Shown here piece after piece: positions 12,064 to 23,001 of a stretch of DNA of 41,208 bases. Each line of letters starts with the position of its first letter. Positions within the stretch are counted from its first letter, which is position 1. This stretch comes from Geosiphon pyriformis uo1. Its lineage: Eukaryota > Fungi > Glomeromycota. The notes under the pieces are model-generated. The model did not search any database, was not told the origin of the DNA, and saw nothing but the letters and a program-made list of their open reading frames with translations. The translations under genes were made by a program, and so were the position numbers. The DNA lies in NCBI GenBank assembly GCA_016748015.1, contig JAAOMT010000698.1, positions 22,554 to 63,761 of the forward strand. The letters are read 5' to 3'.

Positions 12064-13400
12064 GTTTTTTGGATATAAAATCAGTATTAAAAAACAATAT
12101 AAAGCTTTTCTGTATAAAGTTTACTTCTTAAAAATCTTTAGAAACTGTTTTTTTGGTTAAGCTTATAAGCTCTGTTTGTTTGATCCTTAAAATTGCCAAA
12201 TTTTTAATAGTTTTTAAAACTGGTTCTTTTTTTGTTATTATTATGCTACATAATATATTTTTAGATATGTTTACTGCTAATATTAAGATAGCACTTAGTA
12301 AGTTTGGTAAGATTATCTATATTATACTAAAGCTTGCTAATATTTGACAATATGTTGTTATTTATTTTAAAAAACTAAATACTATTGTGTTTGTTTTAAG
12401 TTATTAATTAGTATTAGTAAATAAAAATAGTATTAGAATTTTTTTTTGATAAATCAAAATAAGATTACTTTGTTTTATAATAGATTTAAAACCAAGTTAA
12501 TCAATTTTTTTTCTGGTTGTACTGTCTTTAAAATTAGTAATATAATTTTTTAAATTAGTGGTTAAATATGTTTTATTTCTTATTCTCCTAAATCTGATTG
12601 TTGTTTTTGGTTTGTTTTGATTATATTTAGATTTCAAACTGATTTAAATGTTATAGTAATCAAGACTAATATACTAAAGAAATATTATATCTGATAGAAA
12701 ATTTCTGATTGTTAATACTGTTTTAGATATTAAAAAATAGACTATCTAATTGTAAATTATAAAGTGATTTTGTTTTTTTCTTTTAAGATTTTTAAGATAT
12801 TTAAGATATTTGTATTTTATTTTATAAATATCAAGTCTTATATTAAGACTTCTGTTCTTATAAACATTTTTGATTTTTTTCTTTAATAGTACTTTTTTTT
12901 TGTAGTAGTTGGTAATTTTCTGGTTTTCTTTTGGTTGGTTTTTTTGGAATCTGATTTGGTCATGTTAATTATTTTAGTTTGATCTATTATTGAATTTATT
13001 GGTTTTTTGGTAACTATATTTAAACAATTTCTTAAGAATAATTTTGTTTTAAGCAGTATTTTTAGCTTTAGAGTTAATAAAATTATGATATATCTGTATG
13101 TTTTTAATAAAATTATTAATAAGTTGGAAAAAAAAAGTGGTATTATTAAAAAAAATATTGTATAGATAATATTAACATATCTGATAGTTTTTTGGATCAA
13201 GTTATTATTAATAATAAGATATTTTCTAATTTAATTTTACTTTAAATTTATAAATCTGTTAAGATTAGAAATAACTACTTAAAAACAATTAAATAACTGG
13301 TCAAATTAATTTTTTATAATTTTATTTTGTTTAAAATAATTTAAAAAATGTCTTTATTAAATAAATTTTTTTAATTGTATTAGTATAATATAATCTGAAC
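12064..13400 (+). mobile_element. Heavily decayed probable LINE 5' region (ORF1-like); right boundary uncertain
   Basis: Translation ..LHNIFLDMFTANIKIALSKFGKI..*QYVVIYF.. has the RRM-like pattern of LINE ORF1 proteins; recognised by eye only. Confidence 0.45.
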
Positions 13401-15124
13401 TGGTTTAAATAATTAATTACATATAAAAAGTACATAAATCTTATTTAGCTCTGAAATATTTAATTTGTTTTTAACTTCTAAATAATAGTTAGATTATATT
13501 TATTAAATATCTAATAAAAAAAATTTCAATAAAACATTATGTAAAATTTTAGCCAAAACCAGATAAAAAACAAATTTATAAGATAAAATATTGTTTTAAT
13601 TTTGTTTGTTTATAAAATTGTAAATTATAATATAAAAAATTATAAATTTTTTTATTTGTTTTATAAAAATAAATATTAAAACAGTATTTTTAAACAAATT
13701 ACCAAAAAAATTAATATTATTTTTAACTTATCAATAAAAACATAAATAATTATTTTTAAAAAAATAAAAATACTAAAATATATTTTTTTATTATATACAA
13801 CTTAAGAAATATTATAAATAATCTAATTAATTATTATAATAATATTATAAAATTAATTATAAATAAATATACTATTTTTAAAATAAAAATATTATTAATT
13901 AATATAAATAATTATTTTTTAAATCAAAATATTTTTTATATTTTTTACAAATATTACAAAAATTATTTAAATACTATTTTGATTATTAAAAAACAAATTA
14001 CTATTATTAATAATAAAATACATATTATTATTAAATCAAAAAAACTAATAATAAAATAAATAAATATATACTTAAATACAAAACAATTATACTATTTTTT
14101 TTCAAAATTAAAAAAATAATTATAAAAAACATAAAACTCTTAAAAAAACAACTATAAAAATACAAATAATAATTTTGAATATTATATAATTAAATATTTT
14201 TAAAGTTTTAATTATTATTAAAAAAACTAAAATTCTTATATAAAAATTTGGTTTTTTGAATACAAAACTTATTTTATCTTAAATTTTATATATTTTATTA
14301 ATAAAAAACTTTGCCAAATTAATTGGTTTTAATTTAAACAACATTTTTTAAATTAAATATAAATAGTTTAATTTTATTTAAGCTTAATTTTATTTAAAAA
14401 ATATTATTATAATTAAATATTATAGTTTTATTAATATTTTATGTATTAATTATTTATTATTATATAATTAACCATTTTATTTTCAGATAATAATTTTTAA
14501 TTTGATTAATAATTTGATTATTAATTTAATCATTAACTTAATTATTAATTTAATTATTAATCTAATTATTAAATTTTTTTAATAGTAATATATAAAAAAA
14601 CATAAAGTTTAAAAATTAAATACAATAAAAATATATTTAATATTTTTTTTTATTTTATTTATTTCTTTTTTTTAATTTTTTATCTTTAAGTATTTAAATA
14701 TTGGTAAATAAAAAACTACTTATTGGTATTTCTTAATTTGTATTGTTAAAATTAATTTAAAAAATATTTGTTTGCTTTTATAATTTCTTAAATAAAAAAA
14801 CAATTAAAAAGCACAATACCTGTTATTGATTTTTAAAATCACCAAATAAACATAAAATAATTGCAATAGTTTTATTTTATTAACAATCATGAACTATTTT
14901 TCTATTTTCAAATTTTCCAAAAAAAATTAAGTAATTCTAAAATTGATTACACATTGAATCTTTACAAATTCAATTCGTTTCTTTGATTGAATTTCCTTTT
15001 TTATTATTTTCATCACCTTTCTTTTGCTATCCGTTAGCTTGTTACTTAAACCCGTAACAATATATTGTTCAATTAATTAATCTAAAATATTGAATTGTTA
15101 ATCTAATAAAAAATCATGTCATTT

Positions 15125-18100
15125 TTATTTTTCATACACAAGTGGCATCATTGATCGCAATAGTGACTTAACATTTTCATGTTTAGCCAACTTTAAAGGA
15201 TCAAGCCATGCACACAAAAGCTGTTTCAAAATACTAATATCATCATCACTCAATTTATCCAGGCAACGATACAAAATCTTATCCAACCCTAATCCAGATA
15301 TACAATATTGTGTCTTTGCTTTTCCTGCTTTCTCTGCTTCAAGTCGTGTCTTCTTTTGTAACTTTGTGTTAAAGGCTGGAAAGCTCTCGATATAAAATGA
15401 TTCCAATTCTGGCTTTGGAGCACCCAGCTGAAGATATAGAGACAGGTAGGGATTTTGGTTTTCCTCTGTAGTTTTATCTTTATAGACAAACTCCCTCGAG
15501 AGTTTACTTGTGGCTGATGAAGGCCAATGAGCATCGTAAACCTTACTCCAATTCTTGACTTGAATTAGAAAGTAAGACATTGAATCAACTGAAATAGGAC
15601 TAGATCCATCCCAATCCAACAAAACTGGAATTATCAAGTCAACTCCTGCTTGGTTACGTTTACATATCACAGCTGCGAAGCGAATGAATAGAGTTCTCAA
15701 TTGTGTCTGGTTTGGGGTGTAAGTAACCGGAATGAAGTGTGTAAATGCAAGTAAACCATCAGCCAACTTTTGAGGGAAACTTTGAATATGTTCGTCATAG
15801 TTCTCCTGCCCGAAAAGAGATATCAAAAACTCCTTCACTCTAATTGGGCGTGAAACAAACTCCTTCGAATATCCTAGATTTCCCAAGTGTGGTGATATAT
15901 CTCTATCTCTAGTAGCATGATCCCAAGCGATCATTAAAAGTAAACGGACGACCAACTCTCCACGATAGCCAGGTTCTATATAACCAGTGTGTAATGCATC
16001 TAGTAGAAAGTGGAGTAGTTTTCTCAACACATTCTGGTCTTTCATAAGCAATGCTGCAGCCTCAGCAAGTATCGGTTCAGACGGATAGAATGCCAATAGT
16101 TTATGCCGATCCTCTGAAACGTGAACGCATATCCCCATGAATCCGGCAACTAATTCCGAAGCAATGCGAGACTCAGCTGTGACATCAAGTGAGATGCGAG
16201 AAGATAAAATAGCGAGACCAGAAGCTAAAGTTGGTTTGTTAAGCCAATCATACACGGTTATACCTCCACCCAAGAGTTTTTGTCGTGCTAGTTTCATAAG
16301 TTCATTGAGTTTGGCAGCACTCCTCAAAGCCGCACCCCACAAAGGTCGTCCTAGTGCGAACAGCTCTTCTAACTTTAATAGTTGTTCCGAGTCTGAGTTT
16401 GTTTGGCTAAATAAATCAAACGTACCCATAAAATAAAATGGCGGGAAAAGTTTATTCTTATTTAAGTATAATCGGGCCGAGGGATCCAAAGATGCTAATG
16501 GCGCAAAGTCAGCAAGGTTCGAAATGGTATCAGCGAATATGGCAAAAACGCCCGAAGGAAGACAACGTAAAGCTCGGCGAGTGTGGATAAACGCTTTACT
16601 TTGTCCTAATGTCCCTAGTAAAGTCCGTGATTCATCAAACGCGAATACAAGTTTTGCCTTTTTGTTGACGATCTTCGATAAATGCGGTTCAACCTTTTTC
16701 CAAACTTCTGCAATTTTATTTGCACAAGATGTTTCATCCATCAGATTTAACTCAATTGAGCCTTCTTTCCAGGATGTCACTAAGCTATTAGCTTTGTTTA
16801 TTATTTTTTTTTCAAATTCGGGATCTCGCTGTTGATTCTTCCAATCTTCAATGCTTTTTCCGTCAAGAAATTCTATACAACTACAGAAAAATGCCGCTAT
16901 GTAAACCATTTCATTTTCCTCCTGATAAAGAAAGAAATTACGAACAGTTGGTGTCGCGGGTGGAACTCCTGAACTAGAATTCGCACGAAAGCATAAGTAT
17001 ATAACAAAGCGGTCTTGAGCAAGCTGATGAAGAAGTCTAGACTTCCCAGTCCCAGATCCTTGGAAGAGAACACTGTATAGAGCATAATATATAAGATCCT
17101 GAGCAGTTTCCCACTCGTGTGCACAGTCGTCAATATGTTTTTCAAAAAGCTGCAAGACACCGAGATCATCTTTGTATTTTTGCTCAAATGCCTCCACCAT
17201 TGATCCTGAATTTCATGCATTATAGTTAGAAATGAGAAAGGATAGTTAAAATATTAATTAGATTCAGTTACAAAAGAAGAAAGGTACTCACTTTTCAGAG
17301 ATTCTGAGGTAGAGGAGATGAAATCACTGCCAGTTTCTAGAAAGAATTATAACTTAGTATTTATACTAGATGAAACTTAATACTAAAAAGGATCACTTCA
17401 AACTCAAAACACATGTTAATAAAAATAGATTGAACAAATAACCTACCAGTGGAAGACTTAGCTATAAGAAACAAATAAAGCACATCGGCGACAAGAAAAG
17501 GGAAGGAAGAAAGCAATAGTTAATTAACATCATAAGAGTATATCGAGCGTTCTCTCAAATAGATGAAAACGGATATAGATGATAGATAACGGAGGTGAAG
17601 AGTAAAACTTAAGTTAAGAGCTAACATTAAGTCAAAAGGTTTTATTATTGAGTTAAATGCAAAGCAATTTTGGAAGTAAGAGGCAGAAGTAAATGAGCAC
17701 AAATTAGTCAAATGAACGAAGGATAATGGTAATAGGGTGGATAAGAAAGTACTTTTTTATCCCAACCATTTCCCAACGCCCGAGTTACCTGTCTTAGTTG
17801 TTTCCATCAACGTATTTTGTAATTTTTGCATCTGCAACTCCCATCTATCTTTACTCGTTTTTAGCTCGTTCATGTCTACTTTTAACTCGTTCTTTTCTAC
17901 TTTTAGCTCCTTCACTTCTTCTTCTAGCTTTTCTTTTTGCTTTTCTATTTGCTTTTCTAGCTCTTGCATATCTTCTATCCACCAATGCTTTTCGTTTTCG
18001 TTCTTGTACTTCTCCTGTCTCAAATTTTTCTTCAATTCACGTAACTCATCTTCCTTTTCACGTAACTCATCTTCCTTCTCACCCTCCATTAACTTTTTTA

Positions 18101-18128
18101 GCTTCTCCTCCTTTTCCTTCAGCTTCTC
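15125..18128 (-). CDS. Multi-exon gene: N-terminal coiled coil + P-loop NTPase + PD-(D/E)xK nuclease (Crinkler-type CR-NTPase/CR-REase-like); 5' end lost in gap. Exons >18128-17789, 17461-17447, 17336-17292, 17205-15125
   Basis: Uninterrupted 691-aa ORF with Walker A QGSGTGKS, Walker B LVFAFDE, GRPLW, YPSEPIL, RGELVVRLLL, and GVDLIIPV...LIQVKN; three GT-AG phase-1 introns (GTAACT, GTAGGT, GTGAGT donors; CTAAC branch site before the last acceptor) join all exons in frame; CpG retained. Confidence 0.85.
18037..18078. repeat. 21-bp coding tandem repeat (heptad KEDELRE x2) in the coiled-coil exon
   Basis: tcacgtaactcatcttcctt occurs twice in tandem. Confidence 0.8.
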
Positions 18129-19090
18129 NNNNNNNNNNNNNNNNNNNNNNNNNNNNNNNNNNNNNNNNNNNNNNNNNNNNNNNNNNNNNNNNNNNNNNNN
18201 NNNNNNNNNNNNNNNNNNNNNNNNNNNNNNNNNNNNNNNNNNNNNNNNNNNNNNNNNNNNNNNNNNNNNNNNNNNNNNNNNNNNNNNNNNNNNNNNNNNN
18301 NNNNNNNNNNNNNNNNNNNNNNNNNNNNNNNNNNNNNNNNNNNNNNNNNNNNNNNNNNNNNNNNNNNNNNNNNNNNNNNNNNNNNNNNNNNNNNNNNNNN
18401 NNNNNNNNNNNNNNNNNNNNNNNNNNNNNNNNNNNNNNNNNNNNNNNNNNNNNNNNNNNNNNNNNNNNNNNNNNNNNNNNNNNNNNNNNNNNNNNNNNNN
18501 NNNNNNNNNNNNNNNNNNNNNNNNNNNNNNNNNNNNNNNNNNNNNNNNNNNNNNNNNNNNNNNNNNNNNNNNNNNNNNNNNNNNNNNNNNNNNNNNNNNN
18601 NNNNNNNNNNNNNNNNNNNNNNNNNNNNNNNNNNNNNNNNNNNNNNNNNNNNNNNNNNNNNNNNNNNNNNNNNNNNNNNNNNNNNNNNNNNNNNNNNNNN
18701 NNNNNNNNNNNNNNNNNNNNNNNNNNNNNNNNNNNNNNNNNNNNNNNNNNNNNNNNNNNNNNNNNNNNNNNNNNNNNNNNNNNNNNNNNNNNNNNNNNNN
18801 NNNNNNNNNNNNNNNNNNNNNNNNNNNNNNNNNNNNNNNNNNNNNNNNNNNNNNNNNNNNNNNNNNNNNNNNNNNNNNNNNNNNNNNNNNNNNNNNNNNN
18901 NNNNNNNNNNNNNNNNNNNNNNNNNNNNNNNNNNNNNNNNNNNNNNNNNNNNNNNNNNNNNNNNNNNNNNNNNNNNNNNNNNNNNNNNNNNNNNNNNNNN
19001 NNNNNNNNNNNNNNNNNNNNNNNNNNNNNNNNNNNNNNNNNNNNNNNNNNNNNNNNNNNNNNNNNNNNNNNNNNNNNNNNNNNNNNNNNN

Positions 19091-21365
19091 TGGGCATTCA
19101 TATCAGCAAATCAGATTTTAGTATACAAATTTGGTTATTGTTTTAACATCTGCTATTTGAATAGTTTTAACTTTAAATTAATTTGTCAAATAGCTTACAA
19201 CTACAGTAATATAATAATTTTTTTAAAAATAATAAAAAAAAGTCCAACTAAATCAATCTTAATTCTATTAAAAAAAATTTTAACTAAAATAGATTAAAAT
19301 AGTTTTATTGTTCTGGCTTCTTTTTTATTAATATAAATTATAATTAATAATATATTCAAAGATATCTTTATACATTATTGGTCAATAATATAGATTTATT
19401 GTTTTTTCCAAAATAGTGTTTTTGTTAAAGTGTTCTATGATTGAATCAGAGTGCATGCTATATAATGCAGTTTTTTTTTCGTTTTTTTTATAACTTATTA
19501 TGAAGTAATATAATTTTAATGTTCTTAATAGTATAGTTAATTGTTTTAAATAAAGTAATTGTAATTTTGTTTCTATANNNNNNNNNNNNNNNNNNNNTTT
19601 TATAAATATTTTTAAAAAAGTAAATATTTTGGTTTTATTTGAATTTAATAAAATTATATTAATTTAATTACAACTAATTAAACTATAATAAAAATCTATA
19701 ATAAAATATGTTAAATTTGATTAGATTAATATATTGGCTTCAAAATATTTTTTTAATTAATAAAAATTTTATATATATTTTTCTATATGCTATTTTTATT
19801 AAAATTCTGTCTTATAATCTTAATTTATAAGTTTTGTTGTCTAAAACTTTGTATATATAAAAGAATCCATTCTACTTTGAATCAAACTTTCTATTCTACT
19901 GTTTTTTAACTTTCATATGATGTAATAATACTCAATCTTCAATTTTAAATTTAATTAATTAATTAATTAGGTAAACAATTATTATGTCTTTTTTTTACTA
20001 TTTCTAAGTATTACTAATATTATTAACTATTATTTTATAATTGTTTTCTAATATTTTCATAAACTAGTGTGTTTTTTGATATAAGATAGTTTTAAAATTT
20101 TTTTTAATAATTGTTTTTGTTAAACAAGAAAGTATTTTTTGTTTAATAAGTAAGATGATTTTTTTTTATAGACTAATTTAAATAGTATGAACTAAATAAT
20201 ATTTTGTTTTAATGTTTAATATACAAATAATACAGAGAATATAAATAAGTTTTATTCTTGTATATTTTTGTGACTTATTTTTGTTAATACTTTACACAAT
20301 ATTTGATTAAATTGTTCTACTTGTTTATTTGTTTATAAGTAATATAATGATAATAATAATTGCTTTATTCTAAATTGTTGGCTTAGTTTAATTAGTATAC
20401 TATTGATAAAATGAATTTTTTAATTAGATAACAATTTTTCTGGGCATTCATATCAGCAAATCAGATTTTAGTATACAAATTTGGTTATTGTTTTAACATC
20501 TGCTATTTGAATAGTTTTAACTTTAAATTAATTTGTCAAATAGCTTACAACTACAGTAATATAATAATTTTTTTAAAAATAATAAAAAAAAGTCCAACTA
20601 AATCAATCTTAATTCTATTAAAAAAAATTTTAACTAAAATAGATTAAAATAGTTTTATTGTTCTGGCTTCTTTTTTATTAATATAAATTATAATTAATAA
20701 TATATTCAAAGATATCTTTATATATTATTGGCCAATAGTATAGATTTATTGTTTTTTCCAAAATAGTGTTTTTGTTAAAGTGTTTTATGATTGGATCAGA
20801 GTACATGCTATATAATGCAGTTTTTTTTTCGTTTTTTTTATAACTTATTATGAAGTAATATGGTTTTAGTGTTTTTAATAGTATAGTTAATTGTTTTAAA
20901 TAAAGTAATTGTAATTTTGTTTCTATATAATATTTTGTTTTTGTTAAAATAATTTCTTCTTAAATTAAAGTATTAATAAATACTAATATAATTGTTAATA
21001 GATAATTATATTTATAAGTCTGAAATTAGATTTGTATTATCTATAACAAACTGTTAATATAAGTGTTTTTGGCTCTTTTTTTATAATATACTTTGTATAA
21101 AAATTGTTGCAGATAAGTATTTTATTATGTATATTTTTTTTCAGTTGTAACTTGCTAAGTAATCAAATAAGTCTTTTATAATTCATATATAAATCAAATA
21201 ATTAATGAAAATAATGTCTTAAATTTTGTATTGTCTAGTAAATAATAAGATATTCTAAATCTGTTATACTATATATTTTTTCTATTATATTAGTACTGTA
21301 ACTAGTATAAACAATTAAATATTTTTGATTATCTGGTTCAATTATAACAAAATAGCTCTTAGTGT
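19091..21365 (-). mobile_element. Old, heavily decayed gypsy relic (integrase and RNase H region); 19091-19577 duplicates 20441-20927
   Basis: Residual nucleotide similarity to the integrase of the A element (e.g. 20441 vs ~30052; ~20780 vs ~30395). Confidence 0.6.
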
Positions 21366-23001
21366 TATTACAGATGATTATTTGGAGTGTTAATACAAAT
21401 AATAAACTCATAACTTAATGCTTAATAGCTGGTATAATTGGTAATTTTTTTTTATATCTGAAGATTTTGGTTAAGTCTTTTATATAATGAACAAAGATTC
21501 AATAAAAATATCTTTTGATAATGTTTTTAGTGTTTTCTCAATCCTCAAGTTGGTGTGCTTTGTTATCTATCACTTCTCGAAATATTTATATTCTGTCAAT
21601 TTTTTTTTCAGCTTGGTGGCTGATATTTTCTGATAAACTATTCTTAATTCCAAGTGTCTATCTTTATTCCTGGGTTTTTTATTAGTGCTATTTCCTGATG
21701 TTAGTACTCTGTGCATTAATCTTTTTAATTAGTTAATAAATTAACAAACCAAAATAAAAAAATAAAAAAATAAAAAATTAATATCTTATTAATAGTCATA
21801 ATCAAAAGCTATTGTTTCAGTGTGGTTAAGTGTTAGATTTTATTAACATAAAGTGTTGATAAATAGGAGAGTAATTAAATTCTCAAAAAAATAACAATAA
21901 CATGAGTTAAATAATAATAAGTATGTTTTATTTTAATATTTAATGTTTTCATTTCAAATTATAAAATACTATTATATAAAAAAATGGATCTAGAATTGAA
22001 ACTGAAGGTTCTAAAACTAAGAATTTTTTCTTTTTTGCTAATACTACTGTTATATATACATAAATTTCATTATACAAGATTTTTTGAANNNNNNNNNNNN
22101 NNNNNNNNAAATTTTGTATTGTCTAGTAAATAATAAGATATTCTAAATCTGTTATACTATATATTTTTTCTATTATATTAGTACTGTAACTAGTATAAAC
22201 AATTAAATATTTTTGATTATCTGGTTCAATTATAACAAAATAGCTCTTAGTGTTATTACAGATGATTATTTGGAGTGTTAATACAAATAATAAACTCATA
22301 ACTTGATGCTTAATAGCTGGTATAATTGGTAATTTTTTTTCATATCTGAAGATTTTGGTTAAGTCTTTTATATAATGAACAAAGATTCAATAAAAATATC
22401 TTTTGATAATGTTTTTAGTGTTTTCTCAATCCTCAAGTTGGTGTGCTTTGTTATCTATCACTTCTCAAAATATTTATATTCTGTCAATTTTTTTTTCAGC
22501 TTGGTGGCTGATATTTTTTGATAAACTATTCTTAATTCCAAGTGTCTATCTTTATTCCTGGGTTTTTTACTAATGCTATTTCTTGATGTTAGTACTTTGT
22601 GCATTAATCTTTTTAATTAGTTAGTAAATTAACAAACCAAAATAAAAAAAAAATTAAAAATTAAAAATAAAAAAATAAAAAAATAAAAAATTAGTATCTT
22701 ATTAATAGTCATAATCAAAAGCTATTGTTTCAGTGTGGTTAAGTATTAGATTTTATTAACATAAAGTGTTGATAAATGGGAGAGTAATTAAATTCTCAAA
22801 AAAATAATAATAACATGAGTTAGATAATAATAAGTATGTTTTATTTTAATATTTAATGTTTTCATTTCAAATTATAAAATACTATTATATAAAAAAATGA
22901 ATCTAGAATTGAAACTGAAGGTTCTAAAACTAAGAATTTTTTCTTTTTTGCTAATACTACTGTTATATATACATAAATTTTATTATACAAGATTTTTTGA
23001 A
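21221..23001. repeat. Near-identical direct duplication (21221-22088 vs 22109-23001) across a 20-N gap; probable uncollapsed haplotype overlap
   Basis: Direct comparison: about 16 substitutions plus one A-rich indel. Confidence 0.9.

Noticed and set aside
14500-14575. ~12-bp TAATTTAATTAT-like tandem repeat
   Set aside because: Near-pure AT context; no function can be supported
15289-17220. Short ORFs overlapping the NTPase gene (15289-15534, 16137-16436, 16524-16835, 16897-17220)
   Set aside because: Antisense or alternate-frame shadows with no motifs
17737-19297. Long 340-499 aa ORFs in the track
   Set aside because: Artefacts of translating through the 962-N gap; only the minus-strand coiled-coil frame below 18128 is supported
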